DNA of 64,000 nt from Bacteroidia bacterium (GCA_018402155.1 JAGYJG010000001.1:506198-570197); one strand, 5' to 3'. Numbered from the stretch's first letter, positions 50,154-59,890 are shown. Translations and numbers: made by a program. Notes: generated by a model from the sequence alone, not told the origin.

Positions 50154-51357
50154 TTTCGCCTGTTATTTCCATACCAAGTATGAGGAGGTGTACGTCATGC
50201 GTTCCTTCATAAGTAACTACACTTTCTAAATTCATCAAATGACGCATCATTGGATAATCACCTGTAATGCCCATGCCACCGTGCATTTGTCTTGCGTGGC
50301 GAGCTACATTTATGGCTATTTCTACATTATTACGTTTGGCGAGTGAAATTTGAGCAGGAGTTGCTCTACCCTCATTCATGAGCATGCCAAGGCGCCAGCA
50401 TATTAATTGAGCTTTGGTTATTTCGGTCAACATTTCTGCAAGTTTTTTTTGTTGCAATTGGAATCCACCTATTGGTCTACCAAATTGATGACGCTCTGCT
50501 GCATATTTTTTTGCGGCTTCATAGCAGTCCATAGCTGCACCCAGTGCGCCCCAGCTTATTCCGTAGCGTGCAGAGTTTAGGCAGGTCAAGGGACCTTTCA
50601 GACCTTTTACACCGGGCAAAATATTTGTTTTAGGTATGCGAACATTGTCAAATACAAGCTCGCCAGTTATACTCGCTCTTAAACTCCATTTTCCATGGGT
50701 TTCTGGTGTCGTAAATCCCGGCATACCTCGCTCTACGAGTATGCCGCGTACTATACCATTGGGGTCTTTTGCCCAAACTACTGCTACGTCTGCTTGTGGA
50801 GAGTTGCTTATCCATAGCTTGGCACCGTTCAAAATAATATAATCTCCGTCCTCTGTAAAACTCGTGGTCATCCCTTCGGGATTACTTCCGTGGTCTGGCT
50901 CTGTTAGGCCAAAACAACCAAGCATATCTCCATTACCTAATTTTGGTAAGAATTTTATTTTTTGCTCTTCACTGCCAAATTTGTGTATAGGATACATCAC
51001 TAGAGAGCCTTGCACACTAGCGGTTGACCTTATGCCACTATCGCAGCGTTCCAGCTCTTGCATGGCAAGACCATAGCTTATATAATCTAGCCCGCCACCA
51101 CCATACTCTGAGGGTATTTGTGGGCCAAAACAGCCTACCTCCCCAAGTTGTTTGACAATATGACTAGGAAAATAATTATTTTGAGCGCATTCTTCAATTA
51201 TAGGAGATAACTCACGTTTCACATATGAACGTACGCTATCCCGTACCATTTTGTGTTCATCGGAAAGTAAATCATCTAAGCTGTAAAAATCAGGATGATC
51301 AAAGGTATCTCTTCCTTTATTTATTTCCTTTAATTCGTTTATTTCTTCTATGGTCAT
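50140..51357 (-). CDS. acyl-CoA dehydrogenase, glutaryl-CoA dehydrogenase-like
   Basis: 405 aa. 'LGCFGLTEPDHGSNP' matches the glutaryl-CoA DH active-site region. C-terminal 'YEGTHDVHLLILG' ACAD motif. Confidence 0.8.
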   Translation of the reverse strand: MTIEEINELKEINKGRDTFDHPDFYSLDDLLSDEHKMVRDSVRSYVKRELSPIIEECAQNNYFPSHIVKQLGEVGCFGPQIPSEYGGGGLDYISYGLAMQELERCDSGIRSTASVQGSLVMYPIHKFGSEEQKIKFLPKLGNGDMLGCFGLTEPDHGSNPEGMTTSFTEDGDYIILNGAKLWISNSPQADVAVVWAKDPNGIVRGILVERGMPGFTTPETHGKWSLRASITGELVFDNVRIPKTNILPGVKGLKGPLTCLNSARYGISWGALGAAMDCYEAAKKYAAERHQFGRPIGGFQLQQKKLAEMLTEITKAQLICWRLGMLMNEGRATPAQISLAKRNNVEIAINVARHARQMHGGMGITGDYPMMRHLMNLESVVTYEGTHDVHLLILGMEITGENAFV

Positions 51358-51412
51358 CTATTATCTGTGCTAACTTTGCAAATGTAAAATTATTACCCAA
51401 CAAAGTATACAA

Positions 51413-51772
51413 ATGCAAGAGAGTTTAGAAACAATACTAAGTGTAAATAAGGTCAGAGTAAAGGCAAATCACGGTTGGTATGCAAGTGAGCGAAAAATTG
51501 GAGGGATGTACACCGTCAGTGTACGCATCTTTTCCTCAATTCAAAGAATTGAGAATTTTGGAGATATTGGAGATACTATAAACTACGAGATAATTTATGA
51601 GATTATAATTCGCCATATGAAAAAGGAATATAAATTAATAGAAACCTGCTGCAAAGCAATGTGGAATGAACTTAAGCCGCTAGCAGAAAATAATGTTTGG
51701 GAGGTTGTTGTGGAAAAAGAGGACGTTCCAATAAAATTTATTGGAAACACAAGTTTTACTGTAAAAGGATAG
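51413..51772 (+). CDS. folB: dihydroneopterin aldolase
   Basis: 119 aa, FolB-like size and pattern (VRVKANHGWYASERKIGGMYTVSV). Confidence 0.6.
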   Translation: MQESLETILSVNKVRVKANHGWYASERKIGGMYTVSVRIFSSIQRIENFGDIGDTINYEIIYEIIIRHMKKEYKLIETCCKAMWNELKPLAENNVWEVVVEKEDVPIKFIGNTSFTVKG

Positions 51773-51900
51773 CATCATCTTTGCTATTCAACGTAGAAAT
51801 AAAATACTTTATCCATTAGCATGGTAAGGCATGTATCATTAGCTTATAAAAAGCTACTTTCGCGCTCAATTTTTACATTTTAAAATAACTAGTACAAATA

Positions 51901-53241
51901 ATGGGAACATTAATAATGGCAGGTCAGCTAATTCTGGCTTTAGCAATATTGGTATCGCTGCACGAGTGGGGTCACTATGCAGCAGCGCGTAGTTTTGGTA
52001 TTCGCGTAGAGAAATTTTTCATATTTTTCGACGCTTGGGGAACGAAGATTTTCAGTAAAAAAATAGGAGATACCGAATGGGGTATAGGCTGGCTACCTCT
52101 TGGTGGCTATGTAAAAATAAGTGGTATGATAGACGAAAGTCTAGACCAAGATCAATTGGGTTCTGACCCTGAAGATCACGAATTTAGAAGCAAACCCGCT
52201 TGGCAACGACTCATTGTAATGATTGGCGGTGTTACTGTAAATTTTGTCCTAGGAATTATAATTTTTTCCATGGCTTTGTGGTATTATGGCGATACTTGGC
52301 TTCCAGCCAAAGCAGTGAATGATGCACACGGTATTGTGGTTACAGATTTTGGAAAGCAAGCAGGTTTTGCGTCTGGGGATAAACTACTCACTGTAAATGG
52401 GGAAAAACGTGACAAATTTCGAGATTACGCAAATCCCGCTATTGTATTAAAAAGCGACTCTTTGGTTTTTGAAGTAGATCGAAATGGTGAAACGATAACA
52501 ATTGATATATCTCCTGAACTTAGTAAAGAGCTATTGGAAAGTAAAGGCCAACGCTTATTTAACTACAGAACGGTAGCCATTGTAGATACTGTGGTGTCCG
52601 AATCTGCCAAGGATGGAGGTTTTATAAAAGGGGATATTCCTATAACTGTGGAGGGTAATCCAGCATATTTTTATGACCAATTGCAAGATGCACTTGCTTC
52701 GCACAAAGGTGAAACCGTAAATATAAGTGTTTTGCGAGGAGCAGATACAATATCACTAAATACAAAATTAGACACCTCAGGAAGTATAGGTATAGGACTT
52801 GCCGCCCCTAAAGAGCTACTAGCTCAGGTACAAAAAACAAACTATGGATTTTTTGAGTCTTTCCCGGCTGGAACTAAAAAAGGTCTGTCTGCTCTTGCTG
52901 ATAATATCAATGCTTTTGGCTTGATGTTTAAAGGAAAACTTAATCCAGTAAAATCAGTGAGTGGACCGCTTGGTATCGCTAAAATTTTTGGAGCACAATG
53001 GAACTGGCAACGTTTTTGGGAAATAACAGGAATGCTTTCCTTCATACTTGCTTTTATGAATTTACTTCCCATACCAGCTCTAGACGGTGGCCACGTGTTA
53101 TTTCTGTTGATTGAGATGGTACGACGTAAACCCCTACCAGAGAAAGTGATGTACTATTTCCAAGTAGCGGGTATGGTCATCCTTTTTGCCCTAATGGGTT
53201 TCATTATTTTGATTGATTTTTTTAACGCAATGTTCAGCTAA
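51901..53241 (+). CDS. rseP: RIP metalloprotease RseP (site-2 protease)
   Basis: 446 aa. 'HEWGHY' HExxH in the first TM, PDZ domain, and C-terminal 'LLPIPALDGGHV' LDG motif. Confidence 0.9.
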   Translation: MGTLIMAGQLILALAILVSLHEWGHYAAARSFGIRVEKFFIFFDAWGTKIFSKKIGDTEWGIGWLPLGGYVKISGMIDESLDQDQLGSDPEDHEFRSKPAWQRLIVMIGGVTVNFVLGIIIFSMALWYYGDTWLPAKAVNDAHGIVVTDFGKQAGFASGDKLLTVNGEKRDKFRDYANPAIVLKSDSLVFEVDRNGETITIDISPELSKELLESKGQRLFNYRTVAIVDTVVSESAKDGGFIKGDIPITVEGNPAYFYDQLQDALASHKGETVNISVLRGADTISLNTKLDTSGSIGIGLAAPKELLAQVQKTNYGFFESFPAGTKKGLSALADNINAFGLMFKGKLNPVKSVSGPLGIAKIFGAQWNWQRFWEITGMLSFILAFMNLLPIPALDGGHVLFLLIEMVRRKPLPEKVMYYFQVAGMVILFALMGFIILIDFFNAMFS

Positions 53242-53252
53242 GGAAAAGTCTT

Positions 53253-53783
53253 GTGAAAAATTATTTTGAATTTTATGGAATAAAGCAGCAATTTTTTATC
53301 GATGAGTATCAACTAAAGCAAGACTATCTTAGAATTAGTAAAGAAAACCATCCGGACTTTTTTATAGCAGATGAACAACGCTATGAGAAAGCATTAGATA
53401 TCACTAGTACCAATAATACAGCTTATAAAACCTTGAAGAACTTCTACACTCGGGTGCCGTATGTTTTGAAGCAGCATAATTTATTAGTGGAGCAAGAAAA
53501 TACATTATCTCCAGTATTTTTGATGGAAATGATGGAAATCAACGAAGAGATAATGGACTTGAAGATAAATCTTGATGCAAAAAGACTAGAACTTGTAAAG
53601 ACTAAAGTAATCGCACTAGAGAATGAATGTAGTGAAGAGCTTAAAAATGCAGCAACCCTCGCGGATAGAACCACTGATATGGAAGATAATTTAGTAATAG
53701 TTCAAAAAGTAAAAGAATTTTACTTAAAACAAAAGTATGTGTTGCGATTGAAAGAAAGTCTGAATACTTTTGCACCGCTTTAA
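53253..53783 (+). CDS. HscB-like J-domain co-chaperone
   Basis: 176 aa. N-terminal J-domain with an 'HPD' tripeptide (ENHPDF), helical C-terminal domain of HscB-like size. Confidence 0.45.
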   Translation: MKNYFEFYGIKQQFFIDEYQLKQDYLRISKENHPDFFIADEQRYEKALDITSTNNTAYKTLKNFYTRVPYVLKQHNLLVEQENTLSPVFLMEMMEINEEIMDLKINLDAKRLELVKTKVIALENECSEELKNAATLADRTTDMEDNLVIVQKVKEFYLKQKYVLRLKESLNTFAPL

Positions 53784-53827
53784 GGAAATTTAAAAGCAAA
53801 CACATATAAATATAATACCTAAGACTA

Positions 53828-53909
53828 GCCCGGATGGCGGAATTGGTAGACGCGTCGGTCTCAAACACCGATGCCGCAAGGCGTGCCGGTTCGACCCCGG
53901 CTCCGGGTA
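53828..53909 (+). tRNA. tRNA-Leu (anticodon CAA), type II with a long variable arm; 3' CCA not encoded
   Basis: Folded by hand. Acceptor GCCCGGA/TCCGGGT, 3-bp D-stem with GG in the D-loop, anticodon stem TCGGT/ACCGA with loop CTCAAAC, 13-nt variable arm, T-arm GCCGG-TTCGACC-CCGGC, discriminator A. Confidence 0.8.
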
Positions 53910-53914
53910 CTTCA

Positions 53915-53955
53915 AACGAAACCCTCTCAAAAATGAGAGGGTTTCGTTGTTTTCT
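53915..53955 (+). terminator. strong intrinsic terminator after tRNA-Leu
   Basis: Perfect 15-bp stem AACGAAACCCTCTCA / TGAGAGGGTTTCGTT, 4-nt loop, followed by GTTTTCT. Confidence 0.75.
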
Positions 53956-54242
53956 AATAGAGTATATTTTACTGAAAATAGCCGTTTGTTTTACTATTTT
54001 TGAGTAGCTAGGCAGTTTATTTCCGCTCAGTTATTAGATTATTAAATACATCGCATATGAAGCAGAATAGATCAGTAGCAATGGTCAATAAACAATTGAA
54101 ACCTCCATCTTATAAAAGTTTTGAATTGCTATTGCTATTGATAAAAATGATGCATTTGCTTTTTTTGTGCTGTTGCACTTTTAGCAGTTAATGACTAATA
54201 GATCAAGGCTATTTTATAGGTGAATGTAAAACAATAGTTGTG

Positions 54243-54863
54243 TTATCTAATGTAAGGCATTCTTTTACTTGCTTGTCTCATAACCTGGTCAATGAGTCTT
54301 GCAGGGCTGCTGCCTAGTCCACCCGAAAATCTATTATCGTAATTCCATATCAGTTTTTTATTGTCACAATCAGTGATATTTAACGATGCACTGAGTTCAT
54401 TTGTAGCTCCATAGGTACCAGCTAGTAGTGCGAGTGCTACTGCAGCTCCATCTGACATTGGTTTAGATAAAGCATAATTAGAGCCTAAAACGCCATCAAC
54501 GCCCAAAATTTCACACATTTCACTCGGCGTTAAAGGAGTTTCAGGATAGCCAGCTTTTTTTAGCTTGGCATTGGTAGTTTCTATATCCAGAATCTCTTGA
54601 GTTATTATGCTTTGCATTTTTCGTCTCAACATCCAAGAATACATTTCCTTTTGAAAGTTTAATGATTCTGTTCGCTGCTGTTCCTTTATAGCTTCTGCGT
54701 CAGTATTTCTCTTTGCTGATATAGAAACAGACGGTGGTAGTATTGCAATAGAGGAATGACTGGTGGCTAGCATAGTAGCATCAGGGCTATAAAATATGCG
54801 TGCACATGATGATGATAATAGGGCGAAAACGCACAAGACGAGAATAATTCTATTTTCTTTCAT
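54243..54863 (-). CDS. hypothetical lipoprotein
   Basis: 206 aa. Lipobox 'LLSSSC'. No recognisable domain. Confidence 0.4.
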   Translation of the reverse strand: MKENRIILVLCVFALLSSSCARIFYSPDATMLATSHSSIAILPPSVSISAKRNTDAEAIKEQQRTESLNFQKEMYSWMLRRKMQSIITQEILDIETTNAKLKKAGYPETPLTPSEMCEILGVDGVLGSNYALSKPMSDGAAVALALLAGTYGATNELSASLNITDCDNKKLIWNYDNRFSGGLGSSPARLIDQVMRQASKRMPYIR

Positions 54864-55180
54864 AGACTCAAATATAATGGAAATCGGTGATTTTTTATTG
54901 TTTTTTTGACTGAAAAATACGAGTTTAAAGACTTTTTATAAAAATAAAATTGAAGGTAAGTTTTAAAATTTCGTTTAATCTTCTGTCATTTACTATGACA
55001 CGCTAGCTATCACAGAGTGATATTTTGTTTGCTACTTATTTTTTTTTCGACAAATATCGGGGCATTCTTTTTTTAAAACAGTGAAATTGAATGGACTTTA
55101 TGGTTGATATGCATCTATCAAGATATTGGTGCACACCTATAATACAGTTGAAATAGATAATTTAATATCTGCCCATAAAC

Positions 55181-56119
55181 CTATCTAGCAGCAGCACGGT
55201 TTAGTCTGTCTGCAATAGCGCGACCTATACCTTTTTGTTGAATTTTTTCAATTATTATTACATCTCCATCTGTTTGGTCAGCTTTTCTCATTCCAGCGAA
55301 AAGTGAAGCTGCAATTTCAGAAAGCACATAGCTTTTAGATAGAAGAACATTAGCAATTTTTAGGTTCTTTTCCTCGTAAAGTAAAGCAATGGGTTTTTTA
55401 TGGGGGTTTTCATTTATCCACTGCTCTAAATTGTCTACAATCAATAAAGGCTTTTTCGTAGCGTAGTGCTTTTTTAGTTGGCCTGGGGTTTGTATAGTAT
55501 GCTGTTTAATTTCAATTACATCTAGACCCATCTCCATAATTTGTTCTTGTGTCACTCCTCCTTCCCTCAAAATAGCTATTTGGTCATTTTCGAAAGATAC
55601 AATGGTACTTTCTACGCCTACAAAACAAGTTCCTCCGTCTAGTACATAGCCTATTTGATGACCAATGGTACTATCTACGTGCAGAGCACTAGTAGGACTT
55701 ACGGTATTAGATATATTGGCACTGGGAGCAGCTAGTGGAAAATCTAGTTTAGCAAGTAAGTCTAAGGTTAGAGGATGATTAGGAATTCGTATGACTACAT
55801 TTTGAGATCCCGCTGTGATAAGGTCTGGCACTAAGCTACTTTTTGGTAGTAAGAAACTTATACTACCTGGCCAAAATGTTTGGGCTAGTAGTTCTGCATT
55901 TTTTGGCCATTTACGGGTATATTTTTTTGCCTCCTCTATGGAGGCACAGTGCAGAATAAGGGGATTGAATTGTGGCCTATTTTTTACGGTATATAATTGG
56001 GAAACTGCTTCGTGGTTTAAAGCATTAGCAGCTAGCCCATAAACAGTTTCTGTAGGTATAGCTACTAGCTTACCAGCTATAAGAAGAGATGCCGCTTTTA
56101 CAACATCTGTACCTATCAT
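55181..56119 (-). CDS. tsaC: L-threonylcarbamoyladenylate synthase (Sua5/YrdC family, with Sua5 C-terminal domain)
   Basis: 312 aa. 'IPTETVYGLAANA' YrdC signature. Confidence 0.85.
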   Translation of the reverse strand: MIGTDVVKAASLLIAGKLVAIPTETVYGLAANALNHEAVSQLYTVKNRPQFNPLILHCASIEEAKKYTRKWPKNAELLAQTFWPGSISFLLPKSSLVPDLITAGSQNVVIRIPNHPLTLDLLAKLDFPLAAPSANISNTVSPTSALHVDSTIGHQIGYVLDGGTCFVGVESTIVSFENDQIAILREGGVTQEQIMEMGLDVIEIKQHTIQTPGQLKKHYATKKPLLIVDNLEQWINENPHKKPIALLYEEKNLKIANVLLSKSYVLSEIAASLFAGMRKADQTDGDVIIIEKIQQKGIGRAIADRLNRAAAR

Positions 56120-57477
56120 TTTCGATCCCTTTTTAGGTCAAATTTCTCGATTTTATTGTACAAATGACTTCGCTGTATGTCTATTTCAGTAGCGGTTTTT
56201 GCTACGTTCCAATTGTTCTTTTTAAGTTTGGCATCAATAAACATTTTTTCTGCGTGGTCTTTAAAATCTTGAAAACGACTAAAATCAGTTATTGCATCAA
56301 TTGTTCCTGGTTTTTTCTTTCCATTATTAGCATACAACTGCACATCGTCCTCCGTTATTTTTTGATCGCAAAGTATGATTAAACGTTCAATAACATTGCG
56401 AAGCTCACGGATGTTACCACTCCAGTATATATTTTTTAGTGCCTCTAAAGCACCGGCAGTTATTTGTTTTTTATTTATGCCGTTATCTTGACATATTTCT
56501 TCCATAAAACGCTCTGCTAATGTAGGAATATCACTACTACGCTCATTGAGTGTAGGAACGTGTATTACTATGACCGAAATACGGTGATACAAATCCTCCC
56601 TAAAATTACCATTAGCGATTTCCTGCATCAAATCTTTGTTTGTCGCTGCTATTACGCGTACATCAATATTGATATCTTTTTCCCCTCCAACACGTATTAT
56701 TTTATTTTCTTGTAAAGCACGTAAAACTTTAGCTTGTGCAGATAAGGACATATCGCCAATTTCGTCTAAAAAGAGTGTTCCTCCGTTAGCTTTTTCAAAC
56801 TTGCCTAGTTTCTGTTTGTGCGCAGATGTAAACGAACCTTTTTCGTGTCCAAAAAGCTCACTTTCTATTAGTTCTCCGGGAATAGCGGCGCAATTTACTT
56901 CTACAAGCGGCTTGTCTGCTCTGTTACTTCTTTCGTGTATCCATCTGGCTACTAGCTCTTTTCCTGTTCCGTTTTCACCTGTTATTAGTACACGTGCATC
57001 GGTAGGGGCTACTTTTTCAATGGTCTTTTTTATTTTTTTTATGCTTGGAGCCTCACCTACTATTTCTCGGGTTTTGGAGATTTGACGCTTTAGAACCTTG
57101 GTCTCTATTACTAGGCTATTTTTGTCGGCCGCATTCCGCACAGTTATCAAAAGTTTGTTGAGGTCTGGAGGTTTATTTATGAAATCAAATGCTCCTTTTT
57201 TGGTTGCCTCTACAGCAGTCTCCACTGTGCCGTGGCCGCTAATCATAATAAATGGGAGCTCTGGAGCTAATTCTTTCGCTTTTTCTAATAGTTCCAAACC
57301 GTCAATTTTAGGCATTTTAATGTCTGCCAAAACTACATCATAGTTATATTTTTTTATCAGATTAAGAGCATTTTCTCCATCTTCTGCCTCCTCTATTTCG
57401 TATCCTTCATACTCCAATATTTCTCTCAGAGTTTCTCTAATGCTCTGCTCGTCGTCTACTATTAAAATTCTCGCCAT
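56116..57477 (-). CDS. sigma-54-dependent response regulator (NtrC family: receiver, AAA+, Fis HTH)
   Basis: 453 aa. Receiver domain Asp (VVLADIKMP), Walker A 'GENGTGKE', 'ESELFGHEKGSFTSA' (a GAFTGA variant), C-terminal HTH. Overlaps tsaC by 4 nt. Confidence 0.85.
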   Translation of the reverse strand: MARILIVDDEQSIRETLREILEYEGYEIEEAEDGENALNLIKKYNYDVVLADIKMPKIDGLELLEKAKELAPELPFIMISGHGTVETAVEATKKGAFDFINKPPDLNKLLITVRNAADKNSLVIETKVLKRQISKTREIVGEAPSIKKIKKTIEKVAPTDARVLITGENGTGKELVARWIHERSNRADKPLVEVNCAAIPGELIESELFGHEKGSFTSAHKQKLGKFEKANGGTLFLDEIGDMSLSAQAKVLRALQENKIIRVGGEKDINIDVRVIAATNKDLMQEIANGNFREDLYHRISVIVIHVPTLNERSSDIPTLAERFMEEICQDNGINKKQITAGALEALKNIYWSGNIRELRNVIERLIILCDQKITEDDVQLYANNGKKKPGTIDAITDFSRFQDFKDHAEKMFIDAKLKKNNWNVAKTATEIDIQRSHLYNKIEKFDLKRDRK

Positions 57478-57520
57478 TACTTGGTTTTTTTCTTTTCTGT
57501 TATTCGTATTCTAAAAAAAA

Positions 57521-57883
57521 ATGCAAAACTATAAGCCGGGTTCTGTACTCGCCGAAGCAAGTGCTTACCATTTATCTATGCTACCTACCCTCTATAGTTT
57601 CTCAATTATATTGAAAATCGGACGAGCTGCCCTCTACCTATAGTTTACTTGGTATTACAACGTGCAAGGTTTGTACCAAATGAATGTTGCCACTCAAGCG
57701 CGTGAGCTCTTACCTCACATTTTCACCCTTACTCACGATTTCTCGGAGCGGTTATTTTCTGCTACCCTTTCTGTTACCAAGGTATTCCTACCTCAGCACC
57801 CTTTATTTCTAAAGGTACACTGCTCTGTGTTGCCCGGACTTTCCTCCCTCCGCCGAAGCGAACAGCGATAAGCCGTTTTGCAG
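57521..57883 (-). ncRNA. rnpB: RNase P RNA, bacterial type A
   Basis: Minus-strand reading gives 5'-CUGCAAAACGGCUUAUCGCUGUUCGCUUCGGCGGAGGGAGGAAAGUCCGGGCAACACAGAGCAG...GGUAAGAGCUCAC...GGUAACA...GUAAGGGUGAAA...ACAGAACCCGGCUUAUAGUUUUGCA-3'. It contains the universally conserved P4 region (GGAAAGUCCGGGC), GUAAGGGUGAAA, GGUAAGAGC and the ACAGAACCCGGCUUAU 3' strand, with 5'/3' ends pairing as P1 (UGCAAAAC/GUUUUGCA). A -7 box TACATTTG lies immediately upstream, and a U-tract follows the 3' end. Confidence 0.85.
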
Positions 57884-58510
57884 TACAAATGTATAGTTTT
57901 TTGAACGTTATTTTATACTCTCGTTTATTCACGTGTTAGCCACAATTCTTGCTCAATCTGTGTTATTTTAAAATAAGTGTAACCATGATATCATTTTGTG
58001 ACTTTCTGAGAATTGTCTCAATTTTTCGATACAGAAAGTATTTTAATGTTAGATTCAAATCGCTAATCCAATTTTTTTTGGGTACAAAAGATTTTCTTGA
58101 GTTAAATTTAATAAGAGATATTTGCTTTTTTCAACTATTTGACTTGAGTTTTTTCTTGTTTCTAGAGTTATGAAACCATAAGCTAAGACATCAATAAGTC
58201 ATTAATGGATTTCTTTAGCAGCCTCATAGCATTTAGTAATCATCTTGTAACGTGTCAAATAGATTTGGGCTACGTCATAGTGTAAGCTATAAAAATAGCG
58301 TTGGCCGCAATCAAAGTTTGGGAGTTGCAATACTGAAATGGTTTAGTGGTAAGTAGTGCGAATACTACTGATTTTAAGAATATCAAATTAAGGCTTAGAT
58401 AAGAAAGTGTATTCAAAATAAAGTATTCCACAACGCCTATGCGTATATGTTATTTAGTTTTCGTAGTAATTTACTAAAAAAGACCCGTTTTTTGTAGGCT
58501 TGAATTTAAA

Positions 58511-59890
58511 ATGACTTTAATAAAATCAATATCAGGAATACGGGGTACCATAGGGGGTAAAGAAGACGAATCCCTTACTCCGCTAGACATAGTGAAATTT
58601 ACAACAGCGTTTGCAGATGTTATAGCTAGGGAAAACAATAAAACAATAGTTGTAGGCAGAGATGCTCGCATATCTGGGTTTATGGTAAATCAATTGGTTT
58701 GTGCAACCCTCATCAGCAAGGGAATGAAAGTAATAGATCTAGGATTAAGCACTACACCTACAGTAGAAATGGCTGTGGTAAATGAAAATGCAGTTGGTGG
58801 AATAATTCTAACGGCTAGTCATAACCCCAAACAATGGAATGCACTAAAATTGCTAAATGATAAAGGTGAATTTATATCAGAAGCATTAGGGGCAGATATT
58901 ATAGAACGCGTAAAAAAGTCAGATTTTTTTTATGATGAAATAGATAAGTTAGGAGATTACACTGAAAAGACTGGATATATCGATTGGCATATAGACCAAA
59001 TTTTACAATTGGATATGGTAGATGTACAAGCCATAAAAAAGCGGAATTTTACAATTGCAATAGATGCGGTAAATTCTACCGGAGGAATAGCACTACCCGC
59101 TTTATTAAAAAAATTGGGTGTGCAAAATGTCATAGAACTCTACTGCGAGCCAACTGGAATTTTTCCGCACAATCCTGAGCCACTTCCCGAACACCTAAAA
59201 GATTTAAGCGATGCTGTATTAAAAAATAATGCGGACCTCGGCATTACTGTAGACCCCGACGTAGACAGACTTGCTTTTGTAAGTGAAAATGGAGATATGT
59301 TCGGAGAAGAATATACATTAGTAGCAGTAGCTGATTATGTATTAAGTCAGAAAAAAGGTAGTACTGTTTCAAATTTGAGTAGTACTCGCGCGCTACGAGA
59401 TGTCACAGAGAAACACGGAGAACACTACAGTGCTAGTGCAGTGGGAGAGGTGAATGTGGTTGCGATGATGAAAGAAACAAATGCAATCATAGGAGGAGAA
59501 GGAAATGGTGGAATTATACTGCCAGAGTTACACTACGGTAGAGATGCCCTAGTAGGTATCGCTCTTTTTCTGACGCATTTAGCAAAGAGTAATAAACCTA
59601 TGAGTCATCTCAGAGCATCATATCCCAGCTATATGATAAGTAAAAATAAAATAGAACTGACTCCAGATATAGATGTAGATTTCATTTTAGAAAAACTTAT
59701 TGAGAAATACAAAAACCATCCAATGAATACCGTAGATGGGGTGAAAATAGAGTTTGATACAGAATGGGTACACCTCAGAAAATCGAATACCGAACCTATT
59801 ATCCGAATATATGCTGAGGGAAGCACAATGCGTGTGGCCGAAAGTTTAACTAATAAAATAAAATCTGATATAAAAGAACTCTTAGCGTAA
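58511..59890 (+). CDS. glmM: phosphoglucosamine mutase
   Basis: 459 aa. 'SGIRG' N-terminus, 'TASHNPKQWNALK' active-site loop, 'DPDVDR' metal loop. Bacteroidetes GlmM-like. Confidence 0.8.
   Translation: MTLIKSISGIRGTIGGKEDESLTPLDIVKFTTAFADVIARENNKTIVVGRDARISGFMVNQLVCATLISKGMKVIDLGLSTTPTVEMAVVNENAVGGIILTASHNPKQWNALKLLNDKGEFISEALGADIIERVKKSDFFYDEIDKLGDYTEKTGYIDWHIDQILQLDMVDVQAIKKRNFTIAIDAVNSTGGIALPALLKKLGVQNVIELYCEPTGIFPHNPEPLPEHLKDLSDAVLKNNADLGITVDPDVDRLAFVSENGDMFGEEYTLVAVADYVLSQKKGSTVSNLSSTRALRDVTEKHGEHYSASAVGEVNVVAMMKETNAIIGGEGNGGIILPELHYGRDALVGIALFLTHLAKSNKPMSHLRASYPSYMISKNKIELTPDIDVDFILEKLIEKYKNHPMNTVDGVKIEFDTEWVHLRKSNTEPIIRIYAEGSTMRVAESLTNKIKSDIKELLA

Noticed and set aside
54147-54191. 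Mini-ORF MMHLLFLCCCTFSS (three consecutive Cys codons) between tRNA-Leu and the lipoprotein gene
   Set aside because: 14 codons in an AT-rich spacer with no downstream Cys-metabolism gene to attenuate. Indistinguishable from chance.
53828-54242. tRNA-Leu as an integration hotspot or genomic island boundary
   Set aside because: No integrase, direct repeat of the tRNA 3' end, or compositional shift downstream. The next gene is an ordinary lipoprotein followed by tsaC.
54990-55020. TATCAC-AGA-GTGATA palindrome upstream of the 54243-54863 lipoprotein gene
   Set aside because: A short 6-bp arms palindrome in AT-rich DNA. Plausible as an operator but not above chance expectation.
57662-57871. 69-aa plus-strand ORF in the track
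   Set aside because: It lies entirely inside the minus-strand RNase P RNA gene. It is a chance ORF in structured RNA.
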